DNA from: Candidatus Latescibacterota bacterium
GTDB taxonomy: Bacteria; Latescibacterota; UBA2968
Assembly (NCBI GenBank): GCA_965222605.1
Contig: OZ244960.1
Coordinates: 2,976,001 to 3,040,000, forward strand
Length of the DNA stretch: 64,000 nucleotides
Direction of reading: 5' to 3'
This document shows, piece by piece, positions 30,447-39,868 of the stretch. The translations under genes were made by a program, and so were the position numbers. The notes under the pieces were generated by a model. The model made no database searches and had not been told where the DNA came from. It saw only the letters and a list, made by a program, of their open reading frames with translations. How positions within the stretch are numbered: position 1 is the first letter of the stretch; the number at the start of each line of letters is the position of its first letter.

Positions 30447-33044
30447 GTGAACGGTGTACAACTGCGACAGCAGTTCATTCGTTCCATTCGCGCCCCCATG
30501 GTTATCGCCTGTCTATATGCCATAATGTGCATGCCAGCAGGGGCAGATCGCCTGCAGGAAAGCTTCGGTGGGGAGGAAGATTCGCTCGCTGCGGTTCTGA
30601 TCGCAGAACGCGCCGGGCCAGATAGCGCAGACGTCTATCGGGCATTGCCTCGGGATGAGAAAGCGCAATTCTTAATAGACTTTTGGCAACGGCACAATCC
30701 CGTGGTACTGCAATTTTATTACGATTATCATATCGGGCGTCGCTACCTGACGGTATCAGACGCTTTTTTTGAACGCGGTCGATTGATACCCCGGCGCTAT
30801 AAAACGCGCGCCGTACCACCAGATACCGCCCTGCTCGACGATGCTGTTGCACTATTTGAACAGATGCTACAGGACGATGCCGACAACCGCGTTGCCCTGT
30901 GCGCGCTGGGATATTGCTTGTTAGAACAGCACAAAGGTCTGGAAGCAGAACGCATTTTTGTGCGCGTTTTGGAAAAAGACCGGCGGTTTCTCATCGCGCG
31001 ACACGGCCGGGCACTGGCGTGTTTAATCCAAAAAAAACAGGTGCGCCGCGCACTGAATTTTTTTCAGGACACCGTATCTCTCGACGCGAAATACGAGGCG
31101 GCGTATTACAATTTGGCGATGTGCCACCTGGCGATGCGCAGCGTGGATATGGACCATCATTTTGGCAATGTGGTCAAGCGCTTCCCGCAACACCGCGATG
31201 CGTATTTTAAGCTGGGGATATTTTATGAATCGCTCTATTATTATGAAAAAGCCGTCAAGGCATTGTCAAAGCAGGTCGCTGTAAATCCAGCGCACAGCAT
31301 AGCAAGGGGTAGATTGGCGCGCGTGGCTATGGAATTGAAATATTTGAAACAAGAATTGCACACCACCACAGAACTGCGCGATCTCGCCCAGAAAGATCCC
31401 GAGCGTTATCTGCCACTCCTGGGCGCACAATATCTGGAATCGGGTGCGTACGAGCAGGCAGAAGCATCCTTTTCGCAATTTTTATCCCTCTTGCCGCAAA
31501 ATGAACGCGCCCTGTACGAAGATGTCACCTTGCTCCTATCGGCACAAGAATTTGAGACCTTTCGCATGATGGGAAAAGATGAGAAACGCGCATTGACCGG
31601 TTTGTTCTGGCGCAAAATAGACCCAACACCCACCACACCTGTTAATGAGCGCAGGTTGGAACACTACCGGCGCGTGAATTACGCGATACAAAACTTTTTC
31701 GAAGGCCGAATACCCTGGGATGCGCGCGGCGATGTATATATCCGTTTTGGTCATCCCGATCACAGAAGCTGGTCCGATCACCTCGTATTCGAAACCAATG
31801 CAAAAGTGATTCGGGTAAAAAATCGACTTATGGACCTCGCGGGAAATGCACTGCATGAAATCGTCCCTACAACATCGCTGCAGATAGAATCGTCTTTGGG
31901 CGCAAGCACCGTAATGAAGGTAACACCCGAGGTTCGGGGGCTGCCGATATTTCCCCTGCCGCACCAGGGAGCGTTATTTCGAGATGGCGCGTCTTTGAAC
32001 TACAAGTGGGAAACCTGGATTTACGCCCATATTGGCGAGGGATTTGAAGTGACATTTCTCGACGCCCTGGGCAATTTCGATTTTCAATTTCCCCAGCCGC
32101 CTATTGACTCGCCCAATCGATTGCTGTGGCTGCACCTCGCACCCGAAGCCGTGGTCGCACGGGTCGTCAACCGCACGCCCTCTGTTTACCGCTATCCATA
32201 TCCCGGAGATCCAATGCCGCTGCTTATGTCCGTAGCAGATTTCCAGGGAAATGGACGCGATACCCGCCTGGATGCCTTTATCGGCGTACCATGGAACGCA
32301 CTGAAAACGCAAAAACGGGGAACACAGATATCGGCTTCGGTAAATCGAATGTGGGTCCTCTTTGACGCACAGGGCACAGAAATTGCCCGCGACAGCCTGA
32401 ACACGCGAGCAACACAGCCCGAAACAGTTGACGACCCCGGCGTTTTATGGGTGGATCAGGTCACAACAGAAGTTAAACCCGGCCACTATCTAATGGCTGT
32501 GCGCGTAACCGACCCGGCTTCGGGAAAATTGCAAATTCACCGGCAACTCGTCGATGTAGAAGCATACAATGCCTCGACCCTGATGGTAAGCGACCTTGTC
32601 GTGGCGGGAAAAATTGCAACAATAGAAGCCCGTACAGAAGGCAAATTCATCCGAGACGAACTCGAAGTGCTCCCCCTGCCGTCACACACCTTTGCCCCAG
32701 AACAGCCAGTCTATCTGTACTATGAAGTGTATAACCTCTTTAGAGATGACACAGGACAAACGCATTACCGCGTGGATTATGCCGTACGCGGCAGCAAAAA
32801 TGCCGGCGCCCGGTTGCTAAAAGGCATCGGCACATTGCTGGGCATATCTGAAAAGCAAGAAGGGGTGCAAGTATCTTATGAACATCGGGGTAATACGGAA
32901 ACAGAACCCGTATATGTAGCCCTCAATGTAGCGGCAAAACCGGGACAAAAACTCACAATTGGCGTAACCGTAACCGACCTGAACCGCCCGGGAAAGCCAA
33001 CAGCGACAAAAGATATTTGGGTAGCGATAGGAAGTGAGAAGTAA
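30447..33044 (+). CDS. Exported GWxTD-like domain protein with TPRs (start GTG 30447 or ATG 30420)
   Basis: FWRKIDPTPTTPVNERRLEHYRRVNYA, PWDARGDVYIRFGHPD, C-terminal YLYYEVYNL. Confidence 0.85.
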   Translation: MNGVQLRQQFIRSIRAPMVIACLYAIMCMPAGADRLQESFGGEEDSLAAVLIAERAGPDSADVYRALPRDEKAQFLIDFWQRHNPVVLQFYYDYHIGRRYLTVSDAFFERGRLIPRRYKTRAVPPDTALLDDAVALFEQMLQDDADNRVALCALGYCLLEQHKGLEAERIFVRVLEKDRRFLIARHGRALACLIQKKQVRRALNFFQDTVSLDAKYEAAYYNLAMCHLAMRSVDMDHHFGNVVKRFPQHRDAYFKLGIFYESLYYYEKAVKALSKQVAVNPAHSIARGRLARVAMELKYLKQELHTTTELRDLAQKDPERYLPLLGAQYLESGAYEQAEASFSQFLSLLPQNERALYEDVTLLLSAQEFETFRMMGKDEKRALTGLFWRKIDPTPTTPVNERRLEHYRRVNYAIQNFFEGRIPWDARGDVYIRFGHPDHRSWSDHLVFETNAKVIRVKNRLMDLAGNALHEIVPTTSLQIESSLGASTVMKVTPEVRGLPIFPLPHQGALFRDGASLNYKWETWIYAHIGEGFEVTFLDALGNFDFQFPQPPIDSPNRLLWLHLAPEAVVARVVNRTPSVYRYPYPGDPMPLLMSVADFQGNGRDTRLDAFIGVPWNALKTQKRGTQISASVNRMWVLFDAQGTEIARDSLNTRATQPETVDDPGVLWVDQVTTEVKPGHYLMAVRVTDPASGKLQIHRQLVDVEAYNASTLMVSDLVVAGKIATIEARTEGKFIRDELEVLPLPSHTFAPEQPVYLYYEVYNLFRDDTGQTHYRVDYAVRGSKNAGARLLKGIGTLLGISEKQEGVQVSYEHRGNTETEPVYVALNVAAKPGQKLTIGVTVTDLNRPGKPTATKDIWVAIGSEK
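30451..30477 (+). repeat. 27-bp hairpin mini-element copy 1 (in frame)
   Basis: ACGGTGTACAACTGCGACAGCAGTTCA. Confidence 0.85.
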
Positions 33045-33107
33045 GAAGTGAGCACAGGCGCAGCCTACAACGAAGCGTAGCGAGTAACGCCACCCAACGC
33101 CACCCGC

Positions 33108-33142
33108 GCGGTGTACAACTGGCCGACTCTCAGGCCAGTTCA
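33108..33142 (+). repeat. 35-bp hairpin mini-element copy 2
   Basis: GCGGTGTACAACTGGCCGACTCTCAGGCCAGTTCA within the CACCCGCG/CGCGGGTG inverted repeat. Confidence 0.85.
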
Positions 33143-33177
33143 CGCGGGTGCTTCTTTACTTTTCACACTTCACACTT

Positions 33178-34161
33178 CTAAGCTGTCCCAACTTCGCGGG
33201 CGACTTTGGGGCGGCGGAGTTTCCAGATCAGACCATCCAGAACAAAGTGGGCAAACGAAGTCCCATAGGCAAAAAAGAGGAAGGCAAAAAGGGAATAGGT
33301 GTAAAAACCATAGAGAATGCCGCAGATAACAGCGGTAAAGAGAAATGTATTGCGTACAATATGGCTGGCGGCCTTATTGAGAAGTGGCGCGTCAAGAGCC
33401 GATGTGCGGACTTTATTTTTTATCGTAAGCGCGACCAGAGCGATGTATTCAGAAGCGTGATTGATACTGGTGGCAATATAGATGGCGCCAGCCGACAGGG
33501 TGGGACCAATGCCGTAGAGAAAGACCACAGAGCCAAAAAAGAGCAGTTTGGGAACGCTGATACCCTGGGCACCGCGAAATTCATAGACGAGCCAGGCCAG
33601 AGTGACCAGAATAGCCAATCCGTATAAAATGTGGGAGATAAGGAGCGGAGGCGTGAAGTCGAGCAGATTGCGAAGATAGTGCATGACCTTGACATCGGCT
33701 TCAGAACCAAAAAGGTAAAAGAAACCAGCCAAACCCCAGAGATACATCGTCCAGGCATCGAGGCGTTTGTGACCCCATTGAGCTTTGCCCGAGTAGATGC
33801 GGAGAATGCCGTATTTCTGACGAACAAAGTGAAAATAATTAAAAAGGTACCAGAAGGCGAACATCTCGGGTTCGTCAATTCGAAAAAAATAACAAAGACC
33901 CACAAACACAAAGCACAGGATGGGAATAAGCGTATAAAGGACGCGCGCGCGGCTAAATTCAGCGCGATCTAAATAGACCAGCAGAAACGTAAAGTACCGG
34001 TGCGTCGCAAAAAGAAACGTAACAGAGACAATGCGGATGGTATCGAAGTATTTGGGAAACAGGTAGGGGGCAAAAAAGAAAAGCAACCAGCCCAGGGTGA
34101 TGCAGGAAAGATCAACAACGGGCGTAACAACCCAGAGCGTGTGTGTTTTTTCAACGGACAT
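33178..34161 (-). CDS. Uncharacterised polytopic membrane protein
   Basis: ~8 TMs, FHFVRQKYG, HFVLDGLIWKLR. Confidence 0.7.
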   Translation of the reverse strand: MSVEKTHTLWVVTPVVDLSCITLGWLLFFFAPYLFPKYFDTIRIVSVTFLFATHRYFTFLLVYLDRAEFSRARVLYTLIPILCFVFVGLCYFFRIDEPEMFAFWYLFNYFHFVRQKYGILRIYSGKAQWGHKRLDAWTMYLWGLAGFFYLFGSEADVKVMHYLRNLLDFTPPLLISHILYGLAILVTLAWLVYEFRGAQGISVPKLLFFGSVVFLYGIGPTLSAGAIYIATSINHASEYIALVALTIKNKVRTSALDAPLLNKAASHIVRNTFLFTAVICGILYGFYTYSLFAFLFFAYGTSFAHFVLDGLIWKLRRPKVAREVGTA

Positions 34162-34211
34162 AGGTAGTAATTCCCACTTCTTGTATCTTTGTGTCTTTGT
34201 GTGAGGCCCTC

Positions 34212-35450
34212 TCACTTCTTTCCCGACCGCAAATCCAGACAAACCATTTCAGTGTGATTACGAAGATACAGTCTGCCATTAGCCAGCGTGGGTGGCGTCC
34301 AGCACCGCGGAGACAAAACCTGAGCGCTGGCTTTTTCTATGTACGCTTCTGGTATCGCCTCCACAAGAGCCAGTTTGCCCTGTTCTCCCAGGACGATCAG
34401 GTACCCATCGGCAAAGATGAGGGACCCCTTCTGAAAGCCGCGTTTGCGCCATTGCTCCTGCCCGGTCTCCGCGGCAATACACTTGAGAATGGCATTGTCA
34501 AAGCCATAGAGGTACCCCTTGCGATGAATAGACGTGGCAAAATGGTTTTTCATACTGCGATTGCGCCATACTTTTTTAACTGCAAACTGGCCGTTTTGAA
34601 AAATAAGCTGGATAACCGCCGCGCCTTTGCCATAGCCCGAAGAGATAAAGAGTCTATCCGGAGCGAGAAAAACAGGCGTCGCGGCATTGACATCGGGACC
34701 CGTTTGCCAGGGATGCCGCCACAAAAGTCGGCCATCTTTGGCAGCGACACCGACCAGACCAGAGACTGGAAAAAAGACGATTTGCCGGATATCAGAAACA
34801 GTAATAGCAATGGGTGACGCATAAGAAGGCGCGTCATCTTGAGAAGTCCATGCAACCCTGCCGGTAGTTTTATCAAAGGCGATAAAGGCTTTTCCAGAAG
34901 AACCCCCAACCTCGACGACCAGCAACTCGCCTTCCAGCAAAGGAGAAGTAGAAAAGCCCCAATGAGGGGGATCACTTATGAATTCAGTTTGAAAATGGTG
35001 AGACCATACTATTTCTCCGTCCTCAACATCAATTGCATAAAGCTGTCCGTTTGCACCCAAAAAGAAAGCCCGTTCTTTGTCAATAATGGGAGTAGATCGG
35101 GGACCGTTCCCGCCCTGCCAGTCTGAAAAATTGCTCCCGGTCTTAACTCGCCAGCGTTCTTGCCCAGTAGCGGCATCGAGACATACCGCGTATTCATCTT
35201 TCCCTTCTGCAAACATGGTATAGACTGCGCCCCGTGCAATGGCAATGCTCGAAAAACCCTCGCCCAGCGGTGTTCGCCAGAGAACAACAGGTCCGGAATC
35301 AGACCATTTTTTGAGCAACCCCGTTTCAGAGGAAACCCCATCGCGATTGGGGCCAAACCACTGCGACCAATCCGCAGCAAAGCCATTGCCCGTCAGGACA
35401 ACAGAGCCTGAGAGCAAGGCAATCAAAAAGGTGATAATGAGGATGCGCAT
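34212..35450 (-). CDS. PQQ-binding-like beta-propeller repeat protein, exported
   Basis: Signal peptide, DWSQWFGPNRDG, GNGPRSTP, WTPPTLANGRLYLRN. Confidence 0.9.
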   Translation of the reverse strand: MRILIITFLIALLSGSVVLTGNGFAADWSQWFGPNRDGVSSETGLLKKWSDSGPVVLWRTPLGEGFSSIAIARGAVYTMFAEGKDEYAVCLDAATGQERWRVKTGSNFSDWQGGNGPRSTPIIDKERAFFLGANGQLYAIDVEDGEIVWSHHFQTEFISDPPHWGFSTSPLLEGELLVVEVGGSSGKAFIAFDKTTGRVAWTSQDDAPSYASPIAITVSDIRQIVFFPVSGLVGVAAKDGRLLWRHPWQTGPDVNAATPVFLAPDRLFISSGYGKGAAVIQLIFQNGQFAVKKVWRNRSMKNHFATSIHRKGYLYGFDNAILKCIAAETGQEQWRKRGFQKGSLIFADGYLIVLGEQGKLALVEAIPEAYIEKASAQVLSPRCWTPPTLANGRLYLRNHTEMVCLDLRSGKK

Positions 35451-35511
35451 GGGAACTCCTCCTCTGTGTAAGAATCAAGTCACATAATCCGTGATTACTA
35501 TAATATAGGAC

Positions 35512-36555
35512 TTACGCAAGCACCATGTGAATAGTAGGCGCTTTGAGTTGTTGTTTCAAATAATCAGCTAACAAGCCGTATTTGACCTGATAAACGGATT
35601 GTCGTGTTTGATAGGCGACCTGTGCAAATCGCACCCAAACGAGGAAGGCACATCCGATGTGATTGCGAACAATGCGTGGCAATCGACATTGACACTTTTC
35701 AAGACCCGTCACTTGTTTTGCTTCTCGGTGAAATTGCTCAATTTTCCAACGCCAGTGACACGCCTGTTGTGCCACTTGGGTATCGTTTTGGGCCTGGTCG
35801 TTAGTCACGACATATTCCGTGCGTCTGGTAGAAGACATCACCCGAAATAATTTCACTTTATGGTCTCTTGGAAAGCCTCTGATTTTAATGCGTTTGCCAG
35901 CTTTTGTCTCGCTGACCGTCCAATCTAAGCGGTCTATGCGTTGATAGGGTTTAGCACCTGAAGAATCATCCACACGCCGATTCGATTTGAGAGGGCAGTA
36001 ATAGGTTTTTTGCAGTTTCTCAATGTGTAGCATGACCGTCCTGGTGGCATACCAGCTATCCATTAACACGGTCTGAAAAGGCAGTTTTCTGGCATAGACC
36101 AAGACAGATAACATCTCCTGTAGATGATCTAACTTGGTTTTGCCATCCCCCTCAGGGTCATAAATGCGATAGTCAATGAAAAAGAACCGATCCTGATCGG
36201 GATGAACTGCTGGCGCAGTTGTACCCCGTTCGACATAAACGCAAGTGACGACCCCGATGCCGTTGATGACCCCTTTGGCATTGCCGCTATATTGACGCCG
36301 CACCAACGCAATCTTGTGGGCATGACGCTTGTCCAGCACTGTGTCATCGAAGATCACATAGCCCTTTGGGGTCACTTGAATGTGGTCTTTGACGTGTTCC
36401 CACACCAGGCGAGGCGGGATGCGATCACCGGATAGGTAACGGTTGATCATATCATGACTGAACCTTTGGCTGTGGTCTGCGAAATGGGTCAGCGTATAGT
36501 TGATTGGACTGCTCAGCAAATACTGACAGTAATCCAAGCGGGTTGGTTTATCCAT
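35512..36555 (-). CDS. IS701-family DDE transposase
   Basis: FDDTVLDK, LMDSWY, RWKIEQFHREAKQ. Confidence 0.9.
   Translation of the reverse strand: MDKPTRLDYCQYLLSSPINYTLTHFADHSQRFSHDMINRYLSGDRIPPRLVWEHVKDHIQVTPKGYVIFDDTVLDKRHAHKIALVRRQYSGNAKGVINGIGVVTCVYVERGTTAPAVHPDQDRFFFIDYRIYDPEGDGKTKLDHLQEMLSVLVYARKLPFQTVLMDSWYATRTVMLHIEKLQKTYYCPLKSNRRVDDSSGAKPYQRIDRLDWTVSETKAGKRIKIRGFPRDHKVKLFRVMSSTRRTEYVVTNDQAQNDTQVAQQACHWRWKIEQFHREAKQVTGLEKCQCRLPRIVRNHIGCAFLVWVRFAQVAYQTRQSVYQVKYGLLADYLKQQLKAPTIHMVLA
36203..36229 (-). repeat. 27-bp hairpin mini-element copy 3 (in frame in transposase)
   Basis: Reverse complement ACGGGGTACAACTGCGCCAGCAGTTCA. Confidence 0.85.
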
Positions 36556-36674
36556 CCTCACCTCCTCGGTGCTCAGGTTAGGCTCCAATCCCGTCAATTT
36601 AAAGATTGGAAAACCTTGGGGCTATTGTTTTGCGTAAGTCCTAATAATAATAAATGGGTGATAAAAAGTGAGAG

Positions 36675-36781
36675 GTAGGAGGAAAATCCTTTTCCCGACC
36701 CGGATCGCGGCAGGGATGCCGCTCCAACAGTAGTCTTGAATTGGCCTACCTATCCGTGTTCATCTGTGTTCATCTGTGGTT
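36675..36781. repeat. GTAG-type REP pair plus TTCATCTGTG tandem repeat
   Basis: GTAGGAGG...TCGCGGCAGGGATGCCGCTCCAAC; TATCCGTGTTCATCTGTGTTCATCTGTGGTT. Confidence 0.55.
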
Positions 36782-38007
36782 GCATTTCCCACCCGCTCCA
36801 ATTCCTGAACAACAGCCATATGCCCTTTTGCCCTCGCCCACATCAGGGCTGTAACCCCATCTTTATCCTCAATTGCGACATCGGCACCGCCTCTTAAAAG
36901 CGCGCGGACCGCCTGGACATGTCCTTCAAACGCGGCGGCCATCAACGGCGTGCGGCCCTCGCGGTCGGGCGCATTGACATTTGCGCCCACTTCCAATAAA
37001 AACTCGATTCGTGCGGTTTCACCATCCCAGGCTGCACCCATCAAAGCCGTATTCCCCATATTGTCCCTAACGTTGAGATCTGCGCCACCTGCCACAAGCA
37101 CCCGCACAATTTGGCGATGATCTCGTAAAACAGCCCGCATCAAAGGCGTTTCGCTGGCACTACCTCTAATATCGGGAATTCCGCCTTTTGTCAGAAGCGT
37201 ATCGACAATAGCGGTATGACCTTTGAACGCGGCCAGTAGCATGGGAGAATCGCCAAAATTATCCCTGGCATTGGGATCAGCACCTACATTCAGGAGGGCA
37301 TCCACCATATCTGTTTGACCTTCGACTGAAGCCCAGGTGAGAGCCGTCCGGTTGTCCTTATCTCTGATATTGGGATCCGCACCGTTTTCAAGGAGAACTT
37401 TCACTGCATACGTATGACCTGCAACAATCGCGCTCATCAGAGCCGTGCGCTCGTCGTTGTCCTGCGCGTTGACATCCGCGCCCGCGTCTATCAGAGCTTG
37501 AAGCGTAGTTGTGTGACCTTCTACTGCCGCGGGCATCAACGCAGTGGCTCCATGGGTGTTTTTTAAATGGAGATTCGCGCCTTTTTTCAGGAGAACGTTG
37601 ACGATATCTGTATGCCCATCAAAGGCAGCGGACATCAAGGCGGTGGCACCGTGTTTGTCCTGAATATTGGGGTCAGCTTTGCCCGACAAAAGGGCCTGCA
37701 CCGTCTGGATATGTCCTTGAAAAGCCGCGACAATCAAAGCCGTTTCCCCGCTCATACCCTGAGCATTGGGATCGGCACTTTTTTTTAAAAGCGCATTGAC
37801 GATATCTGTATGCCCACCTCTGGCTGCAACCATCAGCACGGTAGTACCGTATTTGTCCCGAGCATTTGCATTATCGCCAGCACTTAGACGCGCCTGTACA
37901 CCGGACAGGTTTCCCTTTGCTGCGGCTTCGAGGAGTTGTGTGCCATTGGCATGCGCCGCTGCAGAAAGGCTGAGGACAAGGAGAAATGTAAAGGTAATCC
38001 TGGACAT
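36760..38007 (-). CDS. Secreted ankyrin repeat protein (~11-12 repeats)
   Basis: Signal peptide ending AAAHA, repeated GxTALMxAAxxGHxxxVxxLLxxGAD. Confidence 0.95.
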   Translation of the reverse strand: MSRITFTFLLVLSLSAAAHANGTQLLEAAAKGNLSGVQARLSAGDNANARDKYGTTVLMVAARGGHTDIVNALLKKSADPNAQGMSGETALIVAAFQGHIQTVQALLSGKADPNIQDKHGATALMSAAFDGHTDIVNVLLKKGANLHLKNTHGATALMPAAVEGHTTTLQALIDAGADVNAQDNDERTALMSAIVAGHTYAVKVLLENGADPNIRDKDNRTALTWASVEGQTDMVDALLNVGADPNARDNFGDSPMLLAAFKGHTAIVDTLLTKGGIPDIRGSASETPLMRAVLRDHRQIVRVLVAGGADLNVRDNMGNTALMGAAWDGETARIEFLLEVGANVNAPDREGRTPLMAAAFEGHVQAVRALLRGGADVAIEDKDGVTALMWARAKGHMAVVQELERVGNATTDEHR

Positions 38008-38066
38008 ATAGAAAAAGTAAAAGGTCCCCGAAAAAAGTCAAAGAAGATTCGGCGTCCAATTCATGC

Positions 38067-38939
38067 TCACGGAACGGGAATATTGAGATCAAAGGTCTGG
38101 CCGAGCCACTGATAGTAGAAACGTTGTGATGTGTCTTGCAGAATCTGGTCTTTCCAGCCAGCGGCAAGACGTTCGACCTCGGCAGTATTGCCGGCCATAC
38201 ACAGCGCGTAAAGATACAGGTAGCGTAGCGCCGGATCGGCAGACTCTGCGCGTTGGTAATACTGTGCAGCCAGAGTATAGTCGCGCTCGGCCAGCGCGCG
38301 TGCAGATAGATAGGGAAGATAAGGCGTTTCCGCATCGCCCTTTTTCAAGCGGGTATCAACCGCATAGAGCAGATCGTCCTGAATCTGGAGATGCCACAGC
38401 GGGAGAGTCCGCAAATCGGTCTGCGTGTGAAGCGTGTGAAGCGTAGCGATGCGAGTCCCCTGATCATGTATTTCGTCAGCCTGGGAAATTAGTGCAGCCT
38501 CGAGAAGGCGCTGTGCTTCAAAATAAACGAGCGTGCGCATCCGCATGTCATGAGGCCAGGCATTGTGAATAAAGGTACTCTTTTCAAAGCGCTCGCGAGT
38601 GAGCAGGGGATTCATCCAGCGGGCGTAGAACGCTTGATGGGGTTCGCGGTTAAAAAAACCCACAGAAAGGCGTTTGGGATAATTATCTACCAGCGGCGGG
38701 GTATCGCGCGTGAGCGCGTTGAGATGGTCGGCGTCAGACATAAAGAGCGCACCGAGTTGCTCGGGTTGCTCCAAACCGAGGGCGCGAAGTTCGGAACGCA
38801 CGACAGGATCGCGCCACTGTCGGCTAAAAAAGACCTCAGATAGGGAATAGGACGCATTTCGAGAGCCAGCGAGCATCCAGTTAAAACCCGCCCCAGCCCA
38901 AAGAGAAGCGTCTTCAAAAACATTGCAAAACGCGCGGAT
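38067..38939 (-). pseudogene. C-terminal fragment of a spermidine synthase-like membrane protein
   Basis: Reads IRAFCNVFEDASLWLGAGFNWMLAG...PPLVDNYPKRL; no plausible start or RBS at the break point. Confidence 0.6.
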
Positions 38940-39855
38940 GGGCAGACTTCGGACGTCCCTGCAAGATGTGGCGGTCCATGATGATTACGGGCTTGAGGTC
39001 ACTGTAAACGATTTTGAGGCAATAGACTTTGAATTGAACCCCAACCGCTCCCGTTTTGGCACCACATCTTACAATCAGGTAAGCACTGACCGCTACCAGC
39101 CTACAATGGAAGTATATTACGGCGTACCCCTGGCAAATTTGCCAGACAGCGTTCAGGCGACTGGCATTTTGGAACGGGGTATTGCGGTATTTGACAGCAC
39201 ATGGAGACCGGTCTATCGAAAGATGGCTCCCCTGCCTTTTTCGGTGGATGCGATGGGTTCGCTGGGAGCGGGAGATCTTGCCGTTGATCAAATCGCGCTC
39301 AATCTACAGCCGGGCAACTATCACCTGGGGGTGGAGGTACGCAGTCTGCAAGGCAATCTGCGGGGTGCTTATACCCGGTCGCTAACAGTGGAGCCATATA
39401 CAGGTCCTTCGCTGATGCTTTCCGACATCGAGATGGCCGGTCTGGTGGTGCAAGACCCTTCCTCAAAAGTAAAAGGGGGACACAAAGTCGTGCCTATGCC
39501 ATCCAAAACCTATTTACCGGGACAACCTGTGACGATTTATTACGAGGTCTATGGGTTGACACACGACGAATTGGGTCAAACGCACTACCAGATGGATTAC
39601 AAAATATCACCCCGCAAAGGCAAACCCCTGGCAGTGACGATTTTGCGCGCGGTCGGAAAACTCCTGGGTATTGAACAAAAGAAAGTGGTAACGATTTCTT
39701 ACGAGCAGACAGGCACGCAGAAAACAGAACACAATTATCTGGAGATTGACGTGAAGGGATCAGAGGCGGGGCGCTATGAATTAGAGGTGGCAGTGACGGA
39801 TTTGAATACGGGAACAATGGTCGCCAAGGACGTAATATTTTTTATTGCCAGGTAG
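38938..39855 (+). pseudogene. C-terminal fragment of a GWxTD-like protein
   Basis: Homologous to the C-terminal third of 30447-33044 (LMLSDI, PMPSKTY, IYYEVYGL, GKLLGIE); no signal peptide or GWxTD core. Confidence 0.65.
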
Positions 39856-39868
39856 CCACCATTGAGCA

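Larger units (their letters stand above)
35506..36643 (-). mobile_element. IS701-like insertion sequence
   Basis: 14-bp TIRs TAGGACTTACGCAA / TTGCGTAAGTCCTA, flanked by direct repeat ATAATA (35500-35505, 36644-36649). Confidence 0.9.

Noticed and set aside
23737-38938. The two broken junctions as the ends of one inversion
   Set aside because: Flipping the segment does not rejoin matching gene halves.
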